Part shown: piece after piece, positions 1 to 11,931 of the stretch
Numbering within the stretch: position 1 is the first letter of the stretch
Layout of the letters: each line of letters begins with the position of its first letter
Source: Carcharhinus amblyrhynchos
Taxonomy: Eukaryota
Assembly (NCBI GenBank): GCA_965287045.1
Contig: OZ336889.1
Span: 19,530,001 to 19,594,000, forward strand
Length of the DNA stretch: 64,000 bases
Direction: 5' to 3'
Notes under the pieces: model-generated
The model's database searches: none
What the model was told of the DNA's origin: nothing
The model's input: the letters and a program-made list of their open reading frames with translations, nothing else
Translations under genes and position numbers: made by a program

Positions 1-125
1 GACACCGCTCACTCCCTCTCCAGGGCCACTCAGCCACAAACTTGGCCATGGTGGAGGGGTGGACAGTCGAGTTCTATGACCCCCTTAACTGCCCAGGGCC
101 TGGACCTATTGTTGGAAGATTGATG
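1..125 (-). mobile_element. Tx1/L1-clade LINE ORF2 C-terminal fragment (truncated by window edge)
   Basis: Similar to the Tx1-like fragment at 34299-34652 (gacaccgctcactccctctccagggccac vs gacacggcatgctccctttccaggaacac; both continue ...gtggacagtc). Confidence 0.55.
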
Positions 126-972
126 ACTGCATTGGGTATGGACCTGGGCATGTCAAACAAATCTTTTTAACTCACCCCCCCCAACGAACAGCATTGGGTG
201 CACACTGACTTTGTGTGTATCTGGGGACTGAGCAAAGTGCTAACGTAACAAAAAAGGAAACCTCGATCTGTGGTGTGGCTTGTCAGGTTTTTGCAGTGAA
301 GATTTATTTATTCAGTGTGTTCTTTGTGCGGTCACACTGCTGACCTCCACTCTGTTCTCAAGTGTTCTGCTTTGTCAAGACGAAGGGCACTGGCTGAAGT
401 CACTGTGAGCGATCACAGAAAACCATTTCCAAATCAACTACCATTACAATAACTTGAATAGTTTTGGAAATGACTGCTAGCAACACAATTTAAAGAAAAA
501 ACATATCCAAACAAAAATAGATGTGTCTCCCCAACCACTGAGCGCTGAAGCATGAAAGGTTTTCTCAAAGTAATACGAAATATATAGATTTTATCCCCTG
601 GCGTTGAACCATATATTTGCTAGCATAGCCACTGTACCATAATTAGTCCTATTCTAAAGTTTGTAATTAGTGAGAAAAAGTGTGGTTTTTCTGATATAAA
701 AAGTGTATAATACATAGCCCTGACAGTTACCACATTGTACACGACTGTTAATTAACAGTATACCCACAAATGAGCTACCCTTTGAAAGTAATTAACTACA
801 AAAGTCTTGTTCATTTAATAAATGATTAATAACATCATCTGGATTCTGTCAGCGCCTCAGTAATCCCTCTTAGATTCACTGGAGCAAAATACAATGCCAT
901 GTTTACACCATGCACAATGCCTCTGTCAAATAAACCTGAAAGTAGCTTTTCCCTTTTTCTCGAGGACTGCAG

Positions 973-999
973 GTGAATTCCTCGAAGAGTAACAATGGA
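973..999 (+). CDS. Candidate 27-nt microexon (VNSSKSNNG) of unidentified host gene
   Basis: Pyrimidine tract cttttccctttttctc, then gactgcag acceptor; donor GGA|GTAAGT at 1000. Length is a multiple of 3 and only phase 0 is open. Confidence 0.35.
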
Positions 1000-1095
1000 G
1001 TAAGTTGTACTTTCCCTATTCGAATTGCAAATATGTCATATGAAATTATGTGTATACTGTTTGGAATTATATTCTACTGATGGTATTTCAGTGCA

Positions 1096-1215
1096 GAAAT
1101 CATTGAATCCCTATATTGCAGAAGGAGGCCATTCAGCCCATTGAGTCTGCATCGACTCACTGACAAATATATTACCCAGGCCCTCTTTCCCCCATCCTAT
1201 CCTTGTAACCCCACA
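1096..1215 (-). mobile_element. HE1-type SINE 3' tail fragment
   Basis: gaatccctatattgcagaaggaggccattcagcccattgagtctgca is the reverse complement of the CR1-like SINE tail. Confidence 0.75.
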
Positions 1216-1219
1216 GAAA

Positions 1220-2290
1220 ATCTTTCATAATTATAAAGATCTCTATTAGGTCATGGAATCCCTAACAGTGCAGAAGGAGGCCATTCAGCCCATTGAGTCT
1301 GCTCTGACTCTCCAATGGAGGATCTTACACAGGCTCTATTCCTTTAACCCCACGCACTTCCTGTGGCTAATCCCCCTAACCTACACATCTTGAGATACTA
1401 AGGGACAATTTAGTCTGGCCAATCCACTTAACTTGCACATCTTTGGACTATGGGAAGAAACTGGAGCACCCAGAAGAAACCCACGCAGAGACCCAAAGGT
1501 GGAATTGAACCCGAGTACCTGACGCTGTGAAGCAGCAGTGTTCACCACTGTGCTACCATGCCATCGACCTGATGGTTATCCCTCAGCCTTTTTTCTTCGG
1601 AGAAAGGTGGGTTTTCTGATTTCTCTTATTATCCCTGTAAATCCTCTCTGCATCCTGTCCCAAGCCTCTATATTCTTTTCATAATAAGGTGACCAGAACT
1701 GCACACAACACTCTTAAGTGCTTTATAACCAAGGTTCAAGATAGGTTTAGCATAGCTACCCTACTTTTCAATTCCATCTGTCTAGAAATAAAGCCTAGTG
1801 TCTGATTTGCTGTTTTTAATGGTTTGACCAATGACCCATGATTGATGTATTTGTACTCCAACATCCTTTTGTTCCTCTTGTACACCTAGATTTGGGTTTT
1901 TCAAGTGATAAGGGACCTCACTATTTTTCAAAATAGCATAAAAAGTCACCGCTTCACATTTATCTGTTTTGAGTTGGCCAATTATTCTGCTTGTTTATTA
2001 ATGCCCTCTAGTAATTTGCTGCAGCCCTCAAATTGAATATTCTCCCCCCACACACCTCCCCCCCTTGCCAAAAAAATTTGTGTCATCTGTGAATTTAGAA
2101 ATTGTGCGAAATCCAAATCATTAACATGAATTGTGAACATTCGTGGTCCCAGCGCTGATCCTGGTGGGACAATATTTCCAACCTTCTGCCATTCTCAGTC
2201 TCTATCGGCTTGAAGCCAGCTGGCAATCCATTCTGTCTCTTGTTCCCTGATGAACTGATCTTATTCATTAGTCTCTTCTCTGACCTACTG
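1220..2290 (-). mobile_element. Degraded CR1 LINE RT region, interrupted by a SINE
   Basis: Minus-strand RT motifs: gtgtcatctgtgaatt (FTDDT) at ~2080, ggtcccagcgctgatcctgg (QGSVLGP-like) at ~2145; gaccagaactgcacacaa (CVQFWS) at ~1690. Confidence 0.7.
1250..1563 (-). mobile_element. HE1-type tRNA-derived V-SINE (CR1-type tail)
   Basis: Pol III A/B-box head, V-domain (ggtttcttctgggtgctccagtttcttccc), CR1-like tail. Confidence 0.85.
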
Positions 2291-2384
2291 TATAGGGTTT
2301 GTGTAACATTCAGATAAGATCCCTATCTTCTGATTTAAGAGATGACCCTCAACTGTTGTAAATATCAGTCCTTTGAAACACAGA

Positions 2385-2505
2385 GGGGTAAATTTCCCTG
2401 TAGGGCCTGCTATGATTCCCATGGTGGGCGATGACCATGGAAAGGTCTGTTGACTTTGAGCAGGGGATTTTCCGGATTCGGGGTGAGCGCAGCTGGAAAG
2501 TCGCA
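2385..2505. mobile_element. Short Harbinger-type MITE remnant
   Basis: Internal sequence (ccatggaaaggtctgttga...ggattttccgg) is shared with the copies at 57268 and 62911. Confidence 0.45.
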
Positions 2506-3439
2506 GAATTCTATTTGTGTGCGTTGTCTGAAATTTGACTTCAGCTACGTAACAGCGTAAGCAATAACAAACACTTAATTTCCAGTATCTAGAAGCTTCT
2601 ATGTTCTCCTGTTAGATTTTTGCTCAACTATAAAATAAAGTCATTGTATAATAAAAAACCACAGACCACAGGCCGCATAGTCCACTGTTCAGCAATGTTT
2701 GGACAGACACATTAACAGCGTGTGGCTGACTGACTGCAGACAGTTCTGTCAGACTGACTCGACACAATGCCGTCTGTTTCAACACAGCGCGAGTAACAGA
2801 AATTGACTTCTGCTGTGGATGAACACCCTTGTGTGTGCATTCATGTAAACGCCTTCCTTCCCGCGGTTTTAAAAAAAACAATGTCAGTCAGTACCCCTCA
2901 CCTCCATTGCACGGTAAAAATTTGCTTTATATTTCCTTTGGACTCAGAGGGCATGCAAGAGATGAAGAAGAGATGAGAGTGCCTTAGTTTGTGAGGTGAA
3001 GACATGCAATTGTGTGCTGCAAGGTAAATTGAAGATTATGGAAGTTGGTCCATTGTGGTGACCTTACCCACAGAGGGTACAAGTAATTTCACGTGGTGAT
3101 CTCAGTTCTTAGCATGTAGTGGCACGGCACATTAGTACTTCAGCATGTTGTGCCAGCAACCCCACAATCCAATTTATATTTCATTTCTTTGTCCACAACT
3201 TTTGTTCCCCCTGCATTTAGATGTACTTTTCAAACGGTTTTTAATAGTTTGATGATGAGAAATGTAACTTTTGTTTTGGAAGTTTACAATCTCCATTAAC
3301 TTTTCAATCTCTCCTGCAAAATAATGATGACTCTAACTGATAAATTTAACATGGGTATTTTTGAGAGACACCATTGTGCATCAAGGTGAGCTAAGGTGGG
3401 AGCCGTGCCTCAATGACCGACCATGGCTGGGTAGTTACC

Positions 3440-4188
3440 GAGGCTGGAGAGTTTTAGTTACAGAGAGAGATTGAATAGACTGGGGTTGTTTGCCTTGGAG
3501 CAGAGGAGACTGAGGGGGACATGATTGAGATGTATAAAATTATCAGGAGCATTGATCGAGTAAAAGGAAGAATTTTTTCCCCTTCGTTGAGGGATCGGGC
3601 ATAGATTTAAGGTCAGGGCAGGAGGTTTAGAGGGGATAGTCGTAGTCATAAAATCATAGAATCCTACGATGCAGAAAGAGGCCATTCAGCCCATCGAATC
3701 TGCGCTGACCACAATCCCACACAGGCCCTATCTCGACGACCCCATGCATTTACTGTAGCTAGTCTCCCTGACACTAAGGGGCAATTTAGCATCGCCAACC
3801 CAACTAATCTGCACATCTTTGGAGTGTGGGAGGAAACCCAGGCAGACACAGGGAGCATGTGCAGACTCCACACACACAGTGACCCACGGTGGGAATCGAA
3901 CCTGGGTCGCTGGTGCTGTGAGGCAGCAGTGCTGACTACGGTGCCGTCTCAGATAAAGAAAAACTTTTTCACCCAAAGAGTGGTGGGAGTCTGGAACTCA
4001 CTGCCTGAAAGGGTGGTGGAGGCAGTGACCCTCATAACATCTAAGAAGTATTTAGAAGTGCACTCTCGATGCCAAGGCATTCAGGACTGGAAAACGGGAT
4101 TAGAATAGTTGGGTATTTTGTCTTTGATCAGTGCAGACACAATGGGCCTAAGGGCCTTTTTCTGTGCTGTTGATCTCTGACTCTATGA
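3440..4188 (+). mobile_element. CR1/HER1 LINE 3' end split by a SINE
   Basis: ERLNRLGLFALEQRRLRG...YKII before the SINE and KNFFTQRVVGVWNSLPERVVEA after it; ends in the CR1 tail (ctctgactctatgac). Confidence 0.85.
3645..3947 (-). mobile_element. HE1-type V-SINE
   Basis: Full head, V-domain and tail, inserted in CR1. Confidence 0.9.
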
Positions 4189-4189
4189 C

Positions 4190-4268
4190 AGCTGGTACAC
4201 GGATTGAACCTGCACTGTTCGCACTATTCTGCACTACACTTGAACCATCTAGCCAACTGAGCTAACCG
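4190..4268 (-). mobile_element. tRNA-derived SINE head of another family
   Basis: Reverse complement ggttagctcagttggctaga...ggttcaatcc has A and B boxes; no complete cloverleaf. Confidence 0.5.
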
Positions 4269-4794
4269 TTAAAACATTTTATTTTAAAAATGTAATTACA
4301 GATTGTATCAGCACAATTTTTCCATCAATAATTCACTTCAGCCACTGTTACTATGCTTCTATTCCAGTAGAAATGGGATTTTTTTTTCAGCCAATGGCTT
4401 TAACAAAATGATGGCATATAAAACTCGCAGTTATGAATCTCATCTGTTAATATCTATTCACTCATACAGTATTGAAAGAAACTCTGGGAATTACAAACAC
4501 AATCTTACTGATAAAGCATTTTTCTTTTAGACTTGACTTCTTCAGCCAAGTTATCTCAATCAAAGCGGAGAATCAGTTGTCAGAGCTCCAAGACTCCAGA
4601 ATTTCAAAAATTCATTTAAAACCATGCCCAGAAATTAAAATTACATTTTCATTTACTTTAAAGTGATAGAGCTCTTTGAGCGCTCAGTTTCTGGACCCCA
4701 TACTTTAGGCATTCAAATTGCGGACCTGTGGTTTTTCTGTTCATTCTGGGGTCAGAGTTCTGTGATCAAGACTCTGGCTTTTACTTGCAACATA

Positions 4795-4960
4795 CACCAT
4801 TCACTCATTGTACCTGCGTTCAGTGTCCCACGCTGGCCAGTTCAGCAAAGTTAAGAATTTAAGATTCTTGTCACAGCCTTGCTCCACCAGATCTCAGTTT
4901 ATGATTCTCCAGGATTGCTGCACCCTCCCAATTCTTCTCTCTTGTGAATGCTCAATGAGT
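4795..4960 (+). mobile_element. Old L2-like LINE 3' fragment
   Basis: Decayed W.PVQQ..FKIL...LAP motif typical of the L2 ORF2 C-terminus. Confidence 0.35.
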
Positions 4961-5019
4961 GCAAACTTGACATCAGTAATGTTATAAGTCACATTCCCAC
5001 ATTTGAAGGGCAGATGATC

Positions 5020-5545
5020 ATGTCTACATCACGGGGATGAAGTTGAAATGGTGAGAGAATTTCAAGTTCTAGGTGTCCAGATCACCGACCCTCCACACCA
5101 ATGCTATAGTTAAGAGAGCCCACCGATGCCTCTACTTTCTCAGGAGGCTCAGGAAATTCAACATGTTTGCTACAACTCTCACCAATCTTGCTCCACAGAA
5201 AGCATCCTTTCTGGATTAATCACAGCTTGGTATGGCTTCTGCTTTGAATAAGATTGCAAGAAACTACAAAGGGTTGTGAACATAACCCAGTCCATCACGC
5301 AAACCAGCTTCCTATCCACTGACTCCGTCTACACTTCCAACTGCCTCGGAAAAACAGCCAGTATAATCAACGAACCCCCGCACCCCAGATATTCTGTCTT
5401 CCACCGACTCCCGTTGGGAAAAATAAACAAAAGTTTGAGCTCACGTACCAACCAACTCAAGAACAGCTTCTTCCCTGCTGCCACCAGACTTTTGAATGGA
5501 CTTACCTCCCATTAGGTTAATCTTTCTCTTTACACTATTAGTAAC
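5020..5545 (+). mobile_element. Rex1/Babar LINE 3' fragment
   Basis: Degenerate LYFLRRLRKF...ITAWYG...KKLQRVV...LKNSFFPAATRLLN, followed by the family tail. Confidence 0.8.
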
Positions 5546-5609
5546 CACAACACTGTGGATGTACCTGGACCAGATGGTTGGTCCGGGTCACTACCCTGAG
5601 GGAGGCCCG

Positions 5610-5750
5610 GGACTGAAAAGATTTGCCTACATCAACCACAATTATCTTCATCTGTGCTAGGTATGACTCCAGCCAGCGAAGAACTTTCCCTAGCTTCCCA
5701 TTTACTTCAATTTTGGCATGTCAAAGGCTGCCTTGATGTCAAGAGCAGAG
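5610..5750 (-). mobile_element. LINE RT fragment, probably the family seen at 10900-11880
   Basis: Reverse complement encodes ALDIKAAFD, an RT motif. Confidence 0.55.
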
Positions 5751-5802
5751 CGGTTAAATCACAAGCACCATATCACTGAATCAACTAAATTACAAAATAT
5801 TG

Positions 5803-5937
5803 GTTGGAATTTACCGACCGTTCATGTCGGTGGGATTTTCCGGTCCCGCTGCAATGAACAAATACTTGGCTGAGTTCCAACTTCCCTGTCCTTGCTTGCT
5901 GCAGTGGCAGGGTGTGAAGGGCCTGAAAATTCCGGCC
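5803..5937. mobile_element. Short Harbinger-type MITE
   Basis: Imperfect TIRs tggttggaattt ... aaattccggcca. Confidence 0.55.
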
Positions 5938-6418
5938 ATTGTCTTATAACACAAGCTGCTAAATTCAACAGTGAACCACTGGAAATACATATGCAAGCAG
6001 CAATTAGAAAAGTAAAAGATATATGCATAAAAATATGAATTGAGAAGGTGGCTCAGCACCACCTGCCCAAAGGTAGTTAGAGATGGGCAACAAAAGACAC
6101 CCAATTCCATGAAAGAACAAACAAAATAAAATTATAAACCTGTATGCCCAAATTTCTGTTTGCCTCTTTCTCTGACTCTGAGTATGCTGCTCATTCTGTG
6201 CTTCTCTTAAAGCATTCTCAACCAAAACGTACACAGTGAGGCTACTCAGTGAAAATTTCAGAGATAAATGAAACAGTTGTTCCACAGCACTTCTGTTTCT
6301 AATAGAACGCTATAACATCATTTGTTCTCTGGATCACTGCTGCTAATTTCACTAAGGTGATGCCAGTGTACCTTTAAGAATTAAAAAAGTGATGTTCTCT
6401 GCAGTTTAGCAGCAGCAA

Positions 6419-6734
6419 GGGCGGCACAGTATCAGAGTGGTTAGCACTGCTGCTTCACAGGGACCCGGGTTCGATTCTGGCCTCAGCTGACTGTCTGTGT
6501 GGAGTCTGCATGTTCTCCCCATTCCTGTGTGGGTTTTCTCCAGGTGATCCAGTCTCCTCCCGCACTCCAAAGATGTGCAGATCAGTTTGATTGGCCAGGC
6601 TCAATTTCCCCTTATTGTTAGGGGAATGGCAGAGTAAATACATAGGGTTACAGGAAAAAGGCCTGGATGGGATTGTTTTTGGTGCGGACCCAATGGGCCA
6701 AATGGCGGCCACCTGCACTGTATGATCCTATGAT
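6419..6734 (+). mobile_element. HE1-type V-SINE
   Basis: gggcggcacag...gtggttagcactgctgc head, ggttcgattc B box, V-domain, tail. Confidence 0.9.
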
Positions 6735-8143
6735 CGACAATAGTAGTCTATGTGGAATTTAATGGGGAGTGTGATTGTCTTGTCATTGTTTGTAAACCGA
6801 GGTAACACTTTTGGTACTGTGGCCATCCCTCCCTGTTCTGAAATGAAAAGAAAAGCTGGAAGGGGTCTTGACGTACAATATCAAACTACAACGGGCCCAT
6901 TATTGTCTAGAAAAGAAGTTAGAATCGCCTCCTTAATCTGTGTTTTGTGATCTGACCAGGTCACTCAGATGAGGTTGAAGTGAAGAATGCAGAGCCGAGG
7001 CCAGACAGTTTTAGAGAGACGGAAGGATAATCAATAGACTAGGAACTCCCACACATTTCCGACGGACTGGACACAGATTAATATTGGTAGGGTGCTTGGA
7101 GTAGGTCACTTGCCTGCGATCTTGGATCAGGAAGCAGGAGGGTGGCGCAGGGAAGACAAGGGACGCAGAGGAAGGGTGGTGATTTAAAAACACAGGTTGC
7201 GGCACCACTAACACAGGAGCAGCAAAACTGGGCACCAGTTAACGGCGACAGCAGACTGATCAAACAGAGAGGATGAAGTAATTGAGCTGCTTCATCTGTT
7301 TACCCAGCTTGTGATAGCTTTGGATACCCGTAAAGTTTTAATTAAGAGCAATTGCTGTCTAATTTGGTGTCTGTAATTGGTATAAACAGGCTGTAACCCT
7401 TATGCCAGCAATTGTTAACCTTCTGGCTGTTACTTGGAGGGGTTTTGAATGCGAAAGCATCTCAGAGGTGCGCATGTTCACATGGATTTGGGTGCGATTT
7501 TGAACAAGAAACACAATGGAAATGCATTTATCAGAAGAAAATGCGATCATTTCCCTGGGACCAACCTGCACAGTGGGAAAGACTCCACGTTCCCACTCTT
7601 TGTCCTTCTTCGTGCCTATTGCATATGTAACGGTTTAAGTGTAGACTTATCTGCGTGTTTTAGAAGTCCCAGTGGAACCAAGGGAATAGGCTTTTTGGTT
7701 TTACATTTTTGGCCATATTCCTGTTACTTAAATGTTGCCTTGAGAGATAAACAATGAGCAAGTGCTGGAAGAAAAGTGACTAAGATCAAGATTTATCAAT
7801 CAGAAAAGTCAGTAAGGAACCCAGTCCCTTTAATGTCAGGAATTGCTGTTTACAGGCATTGTGCCATACATTGGATTTCGGGAAGGATACAGAGCATTTA
7901 TTCACTTCAAATGGTGATCCATACAGCTTGTTGGCAATTATAGCATTTTATTGTAGTTTGATATATTTTGTAGACGGGGATGGGAGATTCATGGAACAGA
8001 GGGGAGGTCTGTTCCATGTTGTACATTGCCAAGTGCCTTGTAAAGAGTGCCCTTAGAATTGACAGGAGGAAGACAGTGCAGTACAAGAGGTAGAAAAGTA
8101 ACCATCTGAGAGGAGGAAGACTGATATGCATTCTGGAGAAGTA

Positions 8144-8763
8144 ATCATAGGGTCCCTATAGTGCAAAAGGAGGGCATTTGGCCTATTGACCTTGCACCAA
8201 CAACAATCCCACCCAGGCTCTAACCCTGCTCATCCGCCTGACACTAAGAGGCAATTTAACACGGCCAGTCCACCTAACCTGCACATCTTTGGCATGTGAG
8301 AGGAAGCCAGAGGAAACCCACACAGACACATAGAATCACAGAAACCCTAGAGTGCAAAAAGAAGCCATCTGGCCCATTGAGTCTGCACAAACACAATCCC
8401 ACCCAGGCCCTACTCCAGTATCCCTGCACGTTTCCCCAATAATCCCTCTAACCTACACATCTCAGGACACTAAGGGGCAATTTAGCATGGTCAATCAACC
8501 TAACCTCCACATCTTTGGACTGTGGGAGGAAACCGGAGCACGCAGAGGAAACCCACACAGACATGAGGAGAATGTGCAAACTTCACACAGACAGTGACCC
8601 AAGCCGGGAATCGAACCCAGGTCCCTGGAGCTGTGAAGCAGTAGTGCTAACCACTGTGCTACCATGCTGCCCCAGGGAGAATGGAACATGGAGAATATGC
8701 AAACTTCACACAGACAGTCACCTGAGGCTGGAATTGAACCCTGGCGCTATGAGGCAGCACTAA
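8144..8763 (-). mobile_element. Cluster of HE1-type SINEs (partial, full copy 8330-8673, head fragment)
   Basis: Repeated tail, V-domain and head segments in the same orientation. Confidence 0.85.
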
Positions 8764-10091
8764 CAAACTGACTACAAATGGAATTTACAATATCAACATG
8801 GGTAATATCAATAAAAGAAGAATAAATACATGAGAGAGAAAGAACAGAAGGATATCGGTGTTGTCGGTGCAGGCTTGATGGGCCAAATGGCCTCTTTCTG
8901 GACTGTAGGGATTCAGTGATCCTACGATATGATGTGATGAGTTAAAGGGGTGGGAGACTTTTGTGAAGCATGAAACGATGTTATAGACTTATTGGGCTGA
9001 ATAGCTGTATCTGTTCTGCAGAACTCAATGTACAGATCTCCACTGTGCACCCTTTATCCTCTTGTTTCCAGGTTTTAGTCATCCATACCAGCTCATTATG
9101 TCTGAATACCCAAGGCGCATAAGAAAGGGGATATCTGTGACTCTTGTCAGAGTGCTGTTAATCACGAATTCACTTTGCGATGGTAGTCTCTCATCTAGTT
9201 TCATTACTGGTGAGCTGCTCTGCCCCTTAGGAATTCTTCGATTGTCTTTCTCCACATTGAATTTCTGCAGTCATTCCTGTCTGGAAAATCAACAGTCGCA
9301 AAATGCTTTTGATGGCCAGATGAGAGTGTGATTTAATTGTATATAGGGTAATTAAAAAAGAAATGTACGTGTAAGTGTGTTTGTGTTCGTTTTACACTTT
9401 TATGACGAACTGGCTCTGAACTGCCACATCTGTACTTCATCCAGATGACTGCACAGCACTAAGTGCTGATAATACTCACAGCTATAAAGAAACCTTTTAC
9501 TGTGTTACTATGCAAGTATGATGTCTTCAGCTGAGACCCAATATTTCAGGTACCCTTCAGACCTAAGTGAAAATTATCCAGTTTACAAAATGTACACCCT
9601 ACCTTAAATTGTCAACATAAAGAATTCTCGTCTGTCTGGCCTGATCTTTTCTTATTTCCTATAACTTGCTGCCGTATCAGATTGCCTGTATCTCTTTAAT
9701 TAATTTATACATTAAAGATGGTAGAATTCTAAGATAGGTTTAACCAATATTTACTGTCTGGGAGAAAGCTGGCGATAACACAGCGTTAACAGTATTATGT
9801 TCAGGAATGAATTCCCAACCACAGGATTGCTGCATCGGTAATGTTCAAAAAGATAGAAGCTTTCAGTAAGGCACGTGTGGATCCAGGAATCAGATATGTT
9901 TGCCCTGAAGTAATGGCGGTCCCTTAAGGTTAAGCTGACCTTTGTTCTGAGGCTGTAATTTAAACTGTGAGTAAACAGCGATGCCATAGTAAGGATCTGT
10001 AGAAGGAGACATGGAGTGACTGGGATAGCAGTAAATCTCTTTCGCTTGACTGTTAGAATGCAGGATTTTATTTTCACTTAATCAGATAACA

Positions 10092-10388
10092 TTTTGGCTA
10101 AGATCAAGTGTAGTTTTCTGATCCTGCCCTTGATAGAAGTCAGTGAGGCTACTCTGAGGCTTCATTTGAAGCAATTTTTAAAACACCATCTAGGCCTTTT
10201 GACGAAGATAAAGCTCAGATCAAGCACTGGAGGGGGTGTTATGTTGCTCCGATCAGCTTGGATCATGTTGATTGAGCCCACAAGAGGAAGAATGGACCCT
10301 GAGTTGTCAGCTTGGATCTGTAATGTCTCTCTTGCAGGGACTTTGATTGGAGCAATTTGGTTTTTGATTGGATAAAAATAAAAAAAAA
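10092..10388 (+). pseudogene. U2 snRNA-derived composite element with A-rich tail
   Basis: 10092-10114 matches U2 nt 15-37 exactly (TTTTGGCTAAGATCAAGTGTAGT). Further U2-like segments at 10193-10224 and 10307-10367; A-rich end at 10372-10388. Confidence 0.7.
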
Positions 10389-10559
10389 TGCATAATACTG
10401 AGTCCATCAGGCATGGGAAGAGTGTCAAAATCTCCCACTATTTGGGCAATGTTGCCATCTTCTGCTTGCATCTACTGTTGGTGTGCAGACTGATGAGGAG
10501 TTGTCATCGCTTCAAACTAGCCGCTGGAGACAAGGTGATAAGCTGAATTCTTGAACCGC

Positions 10560-10705
10560 GGCTGGTTAGGTGCATTGGCCGTGCTAAATTCTCCCTCAGT
10601 GTACTGAACAGGCGCCAGAGTGTGGCGACTAGGGGATTTTCACAGTAACTTCATTGCAGTACTAAAGTATGCTTACTTGTGACTAATAAATAAACTTAGA
10701 ACTTA
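10560..10705 (+). mobile_element. V-SINE 3' half with alternative (type B) tail
   Basis: ggttaggtgcattggcc...ctaggggattttcacagtaacttcattgcag...cttgtgactaataaataaactt. Confidence 0.8.
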
Positions 10706-10899
10706 AAGCTGTCTGATTTGCCTGGTCAACTCCTGGTATTGTTTGCTGTATGTGAAATCAGACTCTGTATGTGGGAGTGTCTACTTCACACATTTGGGAC
10801 CATTTAAGCCAAATCGGCAGGATATGCAGCAGAGGTGATAAAACAGGAATTCTTTATGTCTCATTTCACAAGCAATTACTCGTCCTCATCACGTGGTTT

Positions 10900-11880
10900 A
10901 GGTGCACTCACAGTGACATTAGGGATGGTGTTCCATGATTTTGAGCCAGTGACAGGGGAAGAATGGTGATATATCCCCAAGTCAGGATTGTGAGCAACTG
11001 GGAGGAGAACCTGTAGCTGGTGGTGTTCTCATTCATCTACTGCACTTGCTCTTGTAAGTGGTGGAGTTTGAGAGTTTGGAAGGTGCTGTTGAAAGTGTAT
11101 GGGTGAGTTGCTGCAGTGCATCTTGTAGATGGTACACACTGCTGCCACTGTGTGTAACTGGGGTAGGGAGTAGAGATAGTGGACGTGGTGCCAGTCAAGT
11201 GGCCTACTTTTCCTTCAATGATGTTGAGCATCTTGAATGTCGTTGGAGCTGCACTCATCCAGGAACATGGAGAGTATTCCATCACACCCCTGACTTGTAT
11301 CTAGTAGATGGTGGACAAGCTTTGGGGAATCAAGTGGAGAGTTACTGTCTGCAGAATTCCCAGCCTCTGGCCTGCTCCTGTAGCCACGGTATTTATATGG
11401 ATGGTCCAATTCAGTTTCTGGTCAATAGTAATCTCAAACTGTTGGTAGTGGTGATTGACGATGGTGATGTCATTGAATATCAAGGCAGGTTGGTTAGATT
11501 CTCCTTGTTGGAGATGGTTGTTGCTGACACTATAGTGGAGTAAATGTTTTGACACTTATTGGCCCAAGCTTGTAGGTTCTCCAGACCTTGCTAACGGACA
11601 TAGACTGCTTCAGTATCTGGGGAGTCGTAGATGGTGCCGGACATAATTTTTGATTTAATTCTGGGTCCCATGCACACAATTACTTCTTCTGCTTAGTACC
11701 TACATGTGACTTGGAGGAGAATTTGTGGATGGTGGTGTTCCCATGCATCTGTTGCTCTTGTTAATCTAGATGGTGGAGTTCACAAATTTGGAAGGTGTTG
11801 CTGCAGGAGCCTGGGTGACTTGCTGCAGTGCATCTTGCAGATAGTACACACTACTTCCATTGTGTGTCAGTGGGGTAGGG
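10900..11880 (-). mobile_element. LINE ORF2 C-terminal region (CR1/L2 supergroup), two adjacent fragments
   Basis: Frameshifted ITIDQKLNWTIHINTVATGAGQRLGIL...LSTIY and MEYSPCSWMSAAPTTFK. 11700-11880 repeats the region at 11000-11170. Confidence 0.75.
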
Positions 11881-11931
11881 AATAAATGTCTTTGTATATC
11901 CCACCTATTGGTGGTGTGGAGAGTTGGGGGT

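Noticed and set aside
6940-7320. Possible solo LTR
   Set aside because: No clear TG...CA termini or TSD and no second copy in the window.
7780-7790. CTAAGATCAAG match to U2
   Set aside because: Only 11 nt with no flanking similarity; compatible with chance.
8144-8763. Repeated units suggestive of a CRISPR-like or tandem array
   Set aside because: Adjacent SINE fragments of unequal length; no repeat-spacer periodicity and no cas genes.
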